From Bdellovibrionaceae bacterium UBA6776 (GTDB lineage Bacteria; Bdellovibrionota; Bdellovibrionia; Bdellovibrionales; UBA1609): a DNA stretch of 64,000 nucleotides. Below, one piece after another: positions 1-8,464 of this stretch. Below the pieces are notes generated by a model, which ran no database searches, was not told where the DNA came from, and saw only the letters and a list, made by a program, of their open reading frames with translations. How positions within the stretch are numbered: the first letter of the stretch is position 1; each line of letters opens with the position of its first letter. The stretch is taken from assembly GCA_002453155.1 (NCBI GenBank), contig DKGG01000055.1:5271-69270 (forward strand), given 5' to 3'. A program made the position numbers and the translations under genes.

Positions 1-937
1 AGACCAGAGCTGAATAGGTTTGCACAAGGTCGGCACCCAGTTCAAGACGGTCCATGACATCTTCAGGGTACAAAACACCGCCCGCAGCGACAACCAAATG
101 ATCCTTTTTTTCGCTGCCCAAATGCTCCAAGGTTTGGGTTAAAAAATTTCTCGCCCGTTCTCGAAGAGGTGCACCGGACAATCCCCCCGTTTCGGGAAAC
201 TTGGAATTTGGGGGACGAAAAAGTGTGGTGTTGGTCAGCACCCAGCCATTGGCTCCCTGTTTCATGGAAACATCCAAAACTTTTTTAAGGTCGTCCGCAC
301 TCAAATCTGGTGAAAGTTTTAAAAGAAAAGGTTTTCCGCTTTCTTTCAATTGAGGTTGCAAGCGAAGCAAAAGCTGATTCAGATTTTTTTCATCTAAAAG
401 TTGGCGAAGTCCTTTGGTGTTGGGAGAAGACACGTTGATCACAAAAACATCTGCGATGTGATCAAAATTCTGAACCAACATTTCGTAGTCCAAGTGGGCT
501 TCGTCCAAAGGTGTGTTGCGATTTTTTCCGATGTTCACAAAAAGTGGGCCCGGGTAGGGGCGCTTTAATTTTTCCAATCGGTGTTTGACCTTTAAAGCCC
601 CTTGGCTGGGAAATCCCAAACGGTTCCAAAGAGCTAAAGTTTCTTCGTCCCGGCTCACGCGAGGTTTTGGATTCGCACTTTGAGGAGCGGGAGTCACCGT
701 TCCCACTTCGCAAAAACCAGCACCCAAACGCCACCAACCGGGAGTTCCAATGCCATCTTTGTCCACGCCACCGGCAATTCCCAAAGGATTTGGGAAGTAC
801 AGGTTTTTCCATTTGAGGGGTTTCCATTGAGGTGGAACTTTTGAAAATGAAAGAGCCCCTAGGGTTCGAGCTCCGTAGGGGCTTATATCATGGGCACATT
901 GGGGTGGTAGCCAAAGCCAGGGCTTTGACCATCTCAC
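1..937 (-). CDS. pyrD: Dihydroorotate dehydrogenase (quinone), class 2; C-terminal ~30 aa lost at window edge
   Basis: Not in the ORF track because it runs off the window. My minus-strand translation in the unlisted frame is open from GTG at 937 to nt 1. It reads ..KNLYFPNPLGIAGGVDKDG..GFCEVGTVTPAPQSANPKPR..FVNIGKNRNTP..VINVSSPNTKGLR..LKLSPDL..LTNTT..ETGGLSGAPL..AAGGV..GADLVQTYSALV. The GTG overlaps the gdh stop (GTGA). Confidence 0.85.
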   Translation of the reverse strand, partial: MRWSKPWLWLPPQCAHDISPYGARTLGALSFSKVPPQWKPLKWKNLYFPNPLGIAGGVDKDGIGTPGWWRLGAGFCEVGTVTPAPQSANPKPRVSRDEETLALWNRLGFPSQGALKVKHRLEKLKRPYPGPLFVNIGKNRNTPLDEAHLDYEMLVQNFDHIADVFVINVSSPNTKGLRQLLDEKNLNQLLLRLQPQLKESGKPFLLKLSPDLSADDLKKVLDVSMKQGANGWVLTNTTLFRPPNSKFPETGGLSGAPLRERARNFLTQTLEHLGSEKKDHLVVAAGGVLYPEDVMDRLELGADLVQTYSALV

Positions 938-2190
938 CAAGCCGAACCTCTGAGCATCATTGCCCGTTGGAGTCTTTCTAAAGAAGATCCCATGGCAGCA
1001 GTTCGCATATTCACTTCAGATTTTTGCGAGAAGGCATAAACTTTATCAAAGGCTTTGTACATAATTTCGCGAAGTTTGTTTCGCACTTCTTCTTCGGTCC
1101 AGAAAAGCCAAACAATGTCTTGAACCCATTCGAAGTAGCTCACAACCACACCGCCACCATTTGCCAAAATGTCAGGGCAAACAATCACACCATTTTTGTG
1201 AAGGATTTCATCCGCAGGTCGAGTGGTTGGTCCGTTTGCACCTTCCACAATGATTTTCGCCTTGATCTCGTGAGCATTCTTTTCGGTGATGACACCTTCG
1301 AGCGCACATGGAGCCAAAACATCCACAGGAAGTTCCAAAATCTCACTGTTCGAAATGTGCTGAGTTCCAGGAAAGTCTTTTACAACTTTGTTCTCTTTTA
1401 CGTAGCGAACCAAATCTGGAATGTTCAATCCCTTTTCGTTGTAAATTCCGCCAGAAATATCGCTGACTGCGACCACTCGAGCACCTAAAGCATAGGCTTC
1501 AATGGCCGCGTGCATTCCCACCTTACCAAAACCTTGAATGGCAATGCGTGCTTCGGTCATTTTCAAATTGATAATTTGAACGGCTTTCTCGATCACATAA
1601 ACCACACCCAAACCGGTTGCGGAATCTCTTCCTAAAGATCCACCGATTTCAATGGGCTTTCCCGTGACCACACCGGTTTGGCTGTAACCGGTATCGGTGG
1701 AGTAGGTGTCCAGCATCCACGCCATGGTTTGCGAATCTGTTCCCACGTCCGGTGCAGGAATGTCTTTGTCGGGTCCAATGAAAGGTGAAATCTCCGCAGT
1801 GAATCTTCGCGTGAGCTCTTCCAACTCGTTTCGCGACAGCAATGTGGGATCCACTTGAACGCCACCTTTACCTCCCCCAAGTGGAAGACCGAGCAAAGAG
1901 TTTTTAAAAGTCATCAATGCAGCAAGTGCAGCGACCTCACTCAAGTCCACGTTTTGGTGATAACGAATTCCACCTTTGAAAGGACCGAGCATTTGGTTGT
2001 GTTGAACGCGATAGCCGGTGAAAATTTTGAGGCGTCCATCATCCATCTTCACAGGGACGTTGACCACAATGGCGCGTCTTGGAAAACGAAGGCGTTCAAG
2101 GGCATTAGGATTTAAATTAATCAATCGGCCCGCATCTTCGACAATTTTCATTGTGTTTTGATAAAAAGGACCACTGGTGAGCGGATTCAT
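934..2190 (-). CDS. gdhA: NAD(P)-dependent glutamate dehydrogenase (Glu/Leu/Phe/Val dehydrogenase family)
   Basis: Track ORF 934..2208. Motifs GPFKGGIRYH, LGLPLGGGKGG and Rossmann GFGKVG. Start placed at the second ATG (2190, MNPLTSG..) because it has a GGAG Shine-Dalgarno; the ATG at 2208 is the alternative. Confidence 0.9.
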   Translation of the reverse strand: MNPLTSGPFYQNTMKIVEDAGRLINLNPNALERLRFPRRAIVVNVPVKMDDGRLKIFTGYRVQHNQMLGPFKGGIRYHQNVDLSEVAALAALMTFKNSLLGLPLGGGKGGVQVDPTLLSRNELEELTRRFTAEISPFIGPDKDIPAPDVGTDSQTMAWMLDTYSTDTGYSQTGVVTGKPIEIGGSLGRDSATGLGVVYVIEKAVQIINLKMTEARIAIQGFGKVGMHAAIEAYALGARVVAVSDISGGIYNEKGLNIPDLVRYVKENKVVKDFPGTQHISNSEILELPVDVLAPCALEGVITEKNAHEIKAKIIVEGANGPTTRPADEILHKNGVIVCPDILANGGGVVVSYFEWVQDIVWLFWTEEEVRNKLREIMYKAFDKVYAFSQKSEVNMRTAAMGSSLERLQRAMMLRGSAW

Positions 2191-2288
2191 CGACAACTCC
2201 GTGCGCATGAATTAGTGTTGGTTTTTCAGTGTATTTCTGGGCATTTGCCGCGTCGACAGTCGACGCGCAATGTAAGTGGAGGTCGGGC

Positions 2289-3332
2289 ATGAAAGCGCAA
2301 CGGCAGATGGTTTTAAAGGATCTGAGTCCCTATTTAGAGCGGGTGCCGAAAATCTTACAAAAAGTTCCTAAAGTTCGGGCATTGGTCGTTGGAGACATTG
2401 GTCTGGATGAATACCTCTCTGGAGAAGTGCGCCGTGTGAGTCCAGAAGCACCCGTTCCGGTGTTGGAAGTTTTGAACGAAGATTCCCGTTTGGGACTCAC
2501 CGGAAACGTGGCGCAGAACGTGTCCAGCTTGGGTGGGCATGTGGATCTGGTCACGGTGTGTGGTCAAGACGATGCCAGCGCCATACTCCGACAAAAGCTG
2601 ACAGAAGCGGGCGTTCAAGGTCTTCATATCATTGATGATTCTTCAAGGCCCACCACCCGAAAGGTGCGTGCTATGGCCGGTCCCCATCATTTGTTGCGGG
2701 TGGATTTTGAGAAGAAGCAGCCCCTGTCCAAAGCGGTGGAAGAGCAAGTCATTGCACGCTGTGAATCCTTGGTGGATTCCTGTGATTTTATTTTGGTGGA
2801 AGATTATGCGAAGGGATTTTTGACCCCTCATTTGATGGAGCGCCTCTCTCATATGGCTCGAGCCCATGGGAAAAAAGTCATTGTGGATCCCAATCCCAAG
2901 TCTCAGGCGGGGCTTTATCGCGGGGCTCATTTGATGACTCCCAATCGGGATGAGGCCGTGGCTTTGTCCGGTGTGGACTACGATGAGCTTCGAGATCACA
3001 ACGACCTGCTATTAAATGTGGGCGAAAAGCTCAAAGCGGATTTGGGCTTGGATCAGTTGGTGATGACTCGAGGAAAAGATGGGATGTCTCTTTTCTTTGA
3101 GAATGAGGTGGTGCATTTGCCCACCTTCGCCAAGCAAGTCTTTGACGTGACCGGGGCCGGGGACACGGTCATTGCTGCCTTGGGGATGGCTTTGGCTTCT
3201 GGGGAAGATTTGATCAGCGCTTGTGTTTTTGCCAACTTGGCCGCGGGAGTTGTGGTTGGCAAAGTGGGCTGCGTTCCCTGCACTCAAGAGGAGCTGTTGG
3301 AAGCTCTTTCAAAGGCACAGAAGGAACTTTAA
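2289..3332 (+). CDS. PfkB-family carbohydrate kinase, RfaE domain-I-like (heptose 7-phosphate kinase-like)
   Basis: Track ORF 2229..3332. N-terminal VVGDIGLDEY..SPEAPVPV signature of RfaE/HldA-type kinases and C-terminal DVTGAGDT ribokinase motif. The ATG at 2289 is preceded by GGAGG. Confidence 0.75.
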   Translation: MKAQRQMVLKDLSPYLERVPKILQKVPKVRALVVGDIGLDEYLSGEVRRVSPEAPVPVLEVLNEDSRLGLTGNVAQNVSSLGGHVDLVTVCGQDDASAILRQKLTEAGVQGLHIIDDSSRPTTRKVRAMAGPHHLLRVDFEKKQPLSKAVEEQVIARCESLVDSCDFILVEDYAKGFLTPHLMERLSHMARAHGKKVIVDPNPKSQAGLYRGAHLMTPNRDEAVALSGVDYDELRDHNDLLLNVGEKLKADLGLDQLVMTRGKDGMSLFFENEVVHLPTFAKQVFDVTGAGDTVIAALGMALASGEDLISACVFANLAAGVVVGKVGCVPCTQEELLEALSKAQKEL

Positions 3333-3381
3333 GGACTTTTTGTTTGGAGTCCGCTCCAAGGGATGTTATACGCTGAGTCAA

Positions 3382-4452
3382 ATGTCACGACTTTCATTTT
3401 ACAATCTCAATTTGCAGGAATTGGAACAGGCTCTGGTCGGCCGGGGCAAAGAGAAGTTCCGCGCCCAGCAGCTCTTTCGCTGGATCTATGGTCAAAGGGT
3501 CACGGATTTCAGTCAGATGACCAATCTGTCTAAAGTTTTTCAAGGGGAGATGGCCGAGCTTTTGGATTTGACCCTTCCAGAGATGGTCACTGAGCGCATC
3601 AGTTCCGATGGCACCCGAAAATATCTTTTCAATATGGGAGACTCCCAGTTGGTGGAGTCCGTTTTGATTCCGTCGGACGATCGTCTGACCTTGTGTTTGT
3701 CGTCGGAAGTGGGCTGCAATATGGCCTGCCAATTTTGTTACACCGGAAAGCAAAAGCTCAAGCGTCGTTTGACTGCGGGGCAAATTGTTGGACAGTTTTT
3801 GCAAGTCAGCGATCGCCTTCCAGAAGCTCAACGAATTACAAATTTGGTCTTTATGGGAATGGGAGAGCCTTTGGACAATCCCGAGGCGGTCTTTCGCTCC
3901 ATTGAAATTTTCCACTCCACCTGGGGATTGAATCTTTCTCGAAAAAGAATCACCGTTTCCACTTCGGGAATTGTTCCATTGATTCCTTTGGTGACGGCGT
4001 CGGGTGCTCGGCTGGCTGTCAGTTTGAATGGGGTCAATGATGAGGTTCGCTCTCAGATCATGCCCATCAATAAAAAGTGGCCTTTGGAAGAATTGCTGGA
4101 AGCCTGTCGTGTTCATTGCCGAGAATCCAAAGACAAAGTGACCTTGGAATATGTTCTGCTGAAGGGAGTCACAGACTCCATTCAAGATGCCAGGGATTTG
4201 CATCGCATTGCCCAAAGTGTTCCTTCCAAGGTGAATATCATCCCATTTAATGAACATCCCGGGTCCGGATTCCATCGTCCCGATGAAAAAGCGATTAATG
4301 CTTTTCATAATGAATTGATGAGACTCGGAACTCATGTTCTACGAAGAAAGACCATGGGGCGGGACATTCTTGCAGCCTGTGGTCAGTTGGCCACCAATCC
4401 GGATGCGCGTCCTCGTCCACGGGCAAAGACTCAACCGGAAGCCACACTTTAA
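3382..4452 (+). CDS. rlmN: 23S rRNA/tRNA (adenine-C2)-methyltransferase, radical SAM
   Basis: Track ORF 3223..4452. KFRAQQLFRWIYGQR N-terminus, radical-SAM CNMACQFCYTG, GMGEPLDN and C-terminal AACGQL. ATG 3382 is used because the upstream part of the ORF overlaps the preceding gene. Confidence 0.9.
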   Translation: MSRLSFYNLNLQELEQALVGRGKEKFRAQQLFRWIYGQRVTDFSQMTNLSKVFQGEMAELLDLTLPEMVTERISSDGTRKYLFNMGDSQLVESVLIPSDDRLTLCLSSEVGCNMACQFCYTGKQKLKRRLTAGQIVGQFLQVSDRLPEAQRITNLVFMGMGEPLDNPEAVFRSIEIFHSTWGLNLSRKRITVSTSGIVPLIPLVTASGARLAVSLNGVNDEVRSQIMPINKKWPLEELLEACRVHCRESKDKVTLEYVLLKGVTDSIQDARDLHRIAQSVPSKVNIIPFNEHPGSGFHRPDEKAINAFHNELMRLGTHVLRRKTMGRDILAACGQLATNPDARPRPRAKTQPEATL

Positions 4453-4513
4453 ACCGTTCATAGGAATTAGATTTTAAAAACGAAAAGGTTCGAACCGCAT
4501 AAAGGAGAAAATC

Positions 4514-5452
4514 ATGTCCTCAATTTTAGTCGTTGGAAGCTTAGGCTACGATACCATCACCACTCCTTTGGGAAGACGGGAAAATATTTTGGGTGGATCC
4601 GCCAATTACTTTTCTTTGGCTTCCTCTATTTTTGCGCCGGTTCGCATTGTTGGTGTGGTTGGTGAAGATTACAAATCTGAGGATATGGCTTTGTTGGAAG
4701 CTCGTTCCATCGACACTCAAGGTCTTCAAAAAGTGAACGGCGAGACTTTCTTTTGGGAAGGTCGCTATGAAGATGACATGAATGAAGCCATCACTGTGGA
4801 AACTCGCTTGAATGTGTTTCAAGATTTCAAGCCGGAACTTCCAGAGTCTTACAAAGCTTCTGAATTTGTCTTTTTGGCAAACATTGATCCTGAACTTCAA
4901 ATGGATGTGTTGAGTCAGTTGTCGTCCAAAGTTTTTGTGGGTGCAGACACCATGAATTTTTGGATTGGTTCAAAACGAGCTCAATTGGAAAACTTAATTT
5001 CCAAAGTGGATGTTTTGTTGATCAACGAAGGCGAGTGCCGTCAGCTCACAAAGAGCAACAACATTGTTCATGCGGTGAAATCTTTGACCGAAATGGGCGT
5101 GGAATCTGTGGTTGTAAAACGTGGGGAGTACGGATTTATGCTTTACAGCCAAGGGCAATATTTTATGCTTCCGGCTTTTCCTGTTGCGGAAGTGATTGAT
5201 CCTACGGGAGCAGGAGACACTTTTGCCGGTGGATTTTTTGGATATTTGGCCGGCAATGGAAAGCGCCCCACCATTGAACATTTGAAAGAGGCTTGCGTTT
5301 ACGGATGTCTTTTGGCCAGCTACACCGTTCAAGACTTTGGTGTGGCCGGAGTGGCTCGTGTCACCAAAAGTGAGCTGGACTCCCGTCTGAAGAACTATGC
5401 ACAGATGGTTTCCGGCTTGCCCAAAGGCCAGTTCGAAGCCGAAATGCGCTGA
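4514..5452 (+). CDS. PfkB/ribokinase-family sugar kinase
   Basis: LVVGSLGYDTI N-terminus and DPTGAGDTFAGGF anion-hole motif. AGGAG-type RBS (AAAGGAGAAAATC) before the ATG. Confidence 0.8.
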   Translation: MSSILVVGSLGYDTITTPLGRRENILGGSANYFSLASSIFAPVRIVGVVGEDYKSEDMALLEARSIDTQGLQKVNGETFFWEGRYEDDMNEAITVETRLNVFQDFKPELPESYKASEFVFLANIDPELQMDVLSQLSSKVFVGADTMNFWIGSKRAQLENLISKVDVLLINEGECRQLTKSNNIVHAVKSLTEMGVESVVVKRGEYGFMLYSQGQYFMLPAFPVAEVIDPTGAGDTFAGGFFGYLAGNGKRPTIEHLKEACVYGCLLASYTVQDFGVAGVARVTKSELDSRLKNYAQMVSGLPKGQFEAEMR

Positions 5453-5495
5453 TCGGGCTCAAAGATTTTTTCGTCTTTTCCGATATTTACCATGG

Positions 5496-6458
5496 ATGGG
5501 AAAGAAAAATCGGAACAATCAATCAGACCACTTGGCTAAAGATCTTCTAGATGAACTTCTGGAAGACAGTGGTTCTGTATCCAAATCCAGTGACCCATCT
5601 TTAAATCTTCCGACGATTGATTTGGAAGACGGATCTATCGACGACGTAACCATTGAAACCAATGAGTTCTCAAGCACCCATCCACTTGAGGCTCATCCCA
5701 TTGAAAGAACAGAGAAACTTGAGGACGAAGATCTGACTTCCGGCACTCAGCCACTGGCAGAGACTCCCCCGCCATTGAAAAGTCCCAGCAAGCCGCAGAA
5801 GCGTCCGCAAGAACGAGCGGCTGTGGGGCGTGCAGAACCTTTGCGTGCCGTTGGAAGTGCGGATCCCACGGAAATGGCTTTGGCTCAAAGTGAAAACTTG
5901 CGGCTGGCTCAGGATCGCATTCTTGAGCTTGAAAAAGAGATCGAGCGGCTGCGTTTAGAAAACGAAGAGCTGGGAGCCGCTGGCGAAACCTTAAAGCGTC
6001 GCGCGGACGAGTTGGTTTCTTCCAATGAGGAGTATGAGCGCAAGCTGGAGCACGAGGTTTCGACCTCTTCTCAAGAAAAAGAAATTTTAAGAAACTCCCG
6101 GGATCTTTTGCGCAAAGAGGTGGAAGAGCTTAAGCAAAAAAATGCTGAGCTTGAGCTGCGAATTTCCACAAACATTCAAAGAGTGCGCGTGCGAGAGCGC
6201 GAGCTTGAAAACCGTCTGGAATTGATGAAGGTGGAAAGCAAAGCATTGATTCGCAGCAAAGATGAAATGATTTTAGATTTAAAACGACAGATTGATCAGT
6301 TGAATTTGGAATTAAACAATTATCGGGTCAAAAGTCAGGACTTAAACAAGCAGATTTCGGCCCGTCAGGAAACTCTCCGTCGTACAGTGAAAGCTCTTCG
6401 GCTGGCACTGTCCATGATGGAAGGGGACGATGAACGTCCATTGAAGAAGGCGAAGTGA
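5496..6458 (+). CDS. Coiled-coil protein with acidic/proline-rich N-terminal region (function unknown)
   Basis: Track ORF 5397..6458, with start moved to ATG 5496 (MGKKNRNN). The C-terminal ~200 aa are heptad-like E/K/L/R-rich sequence (LRLAQDRILELEKEIERLRLENEEL..). The stop lies 1 nt before the next gene. Confidence 0.6.
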   Translation: MGKKNRNNQSDHLAKDLLDELLEDSGSVSKSSDPSLNLPTIDLEDGSIDDVTIETNEFSSTHPLEAHPIERTEKLEDEDLTSGTQPLAETPPPLKSPSKPQKRPQERAAVGRAEPLRAVGSADPTEMALAQSENLRLAQDRILELEKEIERLRLENEELGAAGETLKRRADELVSSNEEYERKLEHEVSTSSQEKEILRNSRDLLRKEVEELKQKNAELELRISTNIQRVRVRERELENRLELMKVESKALIRSKDEMILDLKRQIDQLNLELNNYRVKSQDLNKQISARQETLRRTVKALRLALSMMEGDDERPLKKAK

Positions 6459-6459
6459 T

Positions 6460-7389
6460 ATGGAATTTAAAACCTTACAACTTGAAAATTCCATCAAGAC
6501 CATTTTTGCAGAGTTGACCACTCAGTTTCGAGTGGACAAGGTTTTGTGGATTGGCGAAGAGCTTTTGTGTCGCCTTCCTCGCATTGAGAAGAAGAATTGG
6601 TTTTCCATTCCGTTTTTCAGTGAGTATGAATTTGGTCTGATGAATTGGGAGAATGAGGGGCAGCGCCTGTGGTTTTGGGAACAGGCTTTGAACTCAGTTG
6701 AAATTACCACTCAAAATTTGCCCCATTCCAATCTGTCCGTGAGTTTTTTTCCGGTTTATCATCCCGACGAAAAAAAGCGTTTGGGGGTTTTTGCCATTGA
6801 AAATTCGGGCTTAGATTTATTGGGTGTTCAAAAGGTTCTAAGAGAGGCGGCTCGCCACTTGGCTTTTTGCCATGAGTTTCAAGAGGCAAAGACAAGTTCC
6901 TACGTGGACGATTTAACCTCACTTTTTAATCACCGCTATTTGCCAAAGGTTTTGGCTCAAGAGATTGACCGGTGCCAAAGACAAGACAAGAAATTTTCTC
7001 TTTTGTTTTTGGATATGGATTATTTCAAAAAGGTCAATGATGGCCATGGACACTTGATGGGCTCTCGCTTGCTGATCGAAGTGGCCAGTATTTTAAAACG
7101 ATCTGTGCGTTCTTATGATCCGTTGTTTCGCTATGGTGGAGACGAATTTTTGATTCTCTTGGTTGACACTGACAAGAGCACCGGAGAGAAAGTAGCAGAA
7201 AGAATTCGCCGCGCCATTGAAAGCCATGAGTTTGTTTTCGAGGATGCTTCAATTAAACTGACGGCCAGCATTGGTCTCTCTGTTTTCCCGGACAATGCCA
7301 AATCTGCAAAGGAGTTGATTCAGTTAGCTGACCAAGCCATGTATTATGGAAAAAACAAAAGTCGAAACATCGTCTACATCGCCAGCTAA
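6460..7389 (+). CDS. Diguanylate cyclase (GAF-like N-terminal region + GGDEF domain)
   Basis: FLDMDYFKKVNDGHGH, intact RYGGDEFLILL active site, and RxxD I-site (RSYD) at the canonical spacing. Confidence 0.85.
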   Translation: MEFKTLQLENSIKTIFAELTTQFRVDKVLWIGEELLCRLPRIEKKNWFSIPFFSEYEFGLMNWENEGQRLWFWEQALNSVEITTQNLPHSNLSVSFFPVYHPDEKKRLGVFAIENSGLDLLGVQKVLREAARHLAFCHEFQEAKTSSYVDDLTSLFNHRYLPKVLAQEIDRCQRQDKKFSLLFLDMDYFKKVNDGHGHLMGSRLLIEVASILKRSVRSYDPLFRYGGDEFLILLVDTDKSTGEKVAERIRRAIESHEFVFEDASIKLTASIGLSVFPDNAKSAKELIQLADQAMYYGKNKSRNIVYIAS

Positions 7390-8464
7390 GAAGCGGATCA
7401 AGCTTGTTCTCAGTGACCTCCACTTGGGAGTGGGTCGCATTCTTGAAAATGGCCAAATCAATTCTCTGGAAGAGTTTTATTTCGATGAAAAGCTCGTTGA
7501 ATTTCTGCATTACTACACCAGTGGAAAATACGCTGGCGCTCAGGTGGAATTGATTTTAAACGGAGACATTCTCAATTTCCTTCAGGTCGACTACAAAGGT
7601 CACTTTCTCACAGTTTTGACCGAAGACATTTGCTTGGATATTTTGGAGCGCATTCTGAAAGGACACGCTCAAGTTTTTAAAGCCCTTCGTGAGTTTGTTT
7701 CCGTGGAGGGCAACAGCATCACTTATGTGGTGGGGAACCACGATCAAGGGATGATGTGGCCCGCATTGAGATCTCGTCTCAATGAGGCGGTGGGAGCCGC
7801 CATCAACTATAAAAATTTGGTCTACTTCTTTGATGGAGTGCACATCGAACATGGCCACATGCACGAGTCTGCAAATCGAGTGGATCCCCGGCGGTTTTTC
7901 CTCAAAAAAGATCTGCCGGAGCCTATTTTAAATCTTCCCTTTGGGTCTCACTTTTTTGTGGACTTTGTTTTGAAGGTCAAACAGAAGCATCCCCATGTGG
8001 ACAAGATCCGCCCTTTCAACAAAATGATGAGATGGGCCATCTTTAATGAAACTTGGTTTACGATCACCTACTTTGTGCGCCTGGTGCTCTTTTTTGCCAC
8101 GGCCATCTTTCGGAACGACTCTCGAACCAGCTTTCCCTTTTCTCGGATCGTAAAGGTCATTGCGGAAAGCGCCATTTTTCCAGATTTGAGTGAGTCGGCG
8201 CGCAAAATTTTAACGGATGAAAAGGTCCATACGGTCTGTTTTGGCCACACCCACGTCTATCAATATCGTCAGTGGGCCCAGAATATGGAGTACTTTAACA
8301 CTGGAACCTGGACGGATCTCACTTCTCTTGATATCGCTTCTTTAGGGAAGATTACCAAGCTCAGCTATGTGCTGTTCGAATATTCCGATGAAGGAAGACC
8401 TCGAGGCCGGCTCAAAGAGTGGCATGGTTATCACCGTATTGAAGAGGATGTGGCCATCGCATGA
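7346..8464 (+). CDS. Calcineurin-like metallophosphoesterase
   Basis: LVLSDLHLG, LNGDILNF, VVGNHD, EHGHMHE and CFGHTHV metal-binding motifs. ATG 7346 is the only in-frame start before the first motif, giving a 44-nt overlap with the GGDEF gene. Confidence 0.8.
   Translation: MEKTKVETSSTSPAKKRIKLVLSDLHLGVGRILENGQINSLEEFYFDEKLVEFLHYYTSGKYAGAQVELILNGDILNFLQVDYKGHFLTVLTEDICLDILERILKGHAQVFKALREFVSVEGNSITYVVGNHDQGMMWPALRSRLNEAVGAAINYKNLVYFFDGVHIEHGHMHESANRVDPRRFFLKKDLPEPILNLPFGSHFFVDFVLKVKQKHPHVDKIRPFNKMMRWAIFNETWFTITYFVRLVLFFATAIFRNDSRTSFPFSRIVKVIAESAIFPDLSESARKILTDEKVHTVCFGHTHVYQYRQWAQNMEYFNTGTWTDLTSLDIASLGKITKLSYVLFEYSDEGRPRGRLKEWHGYHRIEEDVAIA

Noticed and set aside
804-812. Possible frameshift in pyrD at the A5 run next to an out-of-frame ATG
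   Set aside because: Re-indexing base by base showed the DHODH frame is open all the way up to GTG 937, so no frameshift is needed.
462-827. 121-aa minus-strand ORF (METPQMEKPVLPKSFGNCRW...) from the ORF track
   Set aside because: It is an alternative frame of pyrD. The neighbouring frame carries all DHODH motifs, and this one is low-complexity Arg/Ser/Gly-rich with no RBS logic.
3223-3381. N-terminal extensions of track ORFs. These are 3223 for rlmN, 5397 for the coiled-coil gene, 30544 for pyrG, 50439 for lepA, 45559 for the GYF-PilZ gene, 26791 for the FliL-like gene and 22827 for the HTH gene.
   Set aside because: The extensions overlap upstream genes or lack RBS. Conserved N-termini (for example [21 protein letters not shown] for LepA) begin at downstream start codons with better context.
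3394-4335. 313-aa ORF antisense to rlmN. Similar long antisense ORFs lie at 12392..13102, 18454..19092, 23265..24260, 24852..25568, 27833..28696, 46559..47197 and 57657..58181.
   Set aside because: Each lies entirely inside, and opposite to, a gene with unambiguous family motifs. Their translations are low-complexity and motif-free. They are typical shadow ORFs from codon bias, not evidence for overlapping genes.
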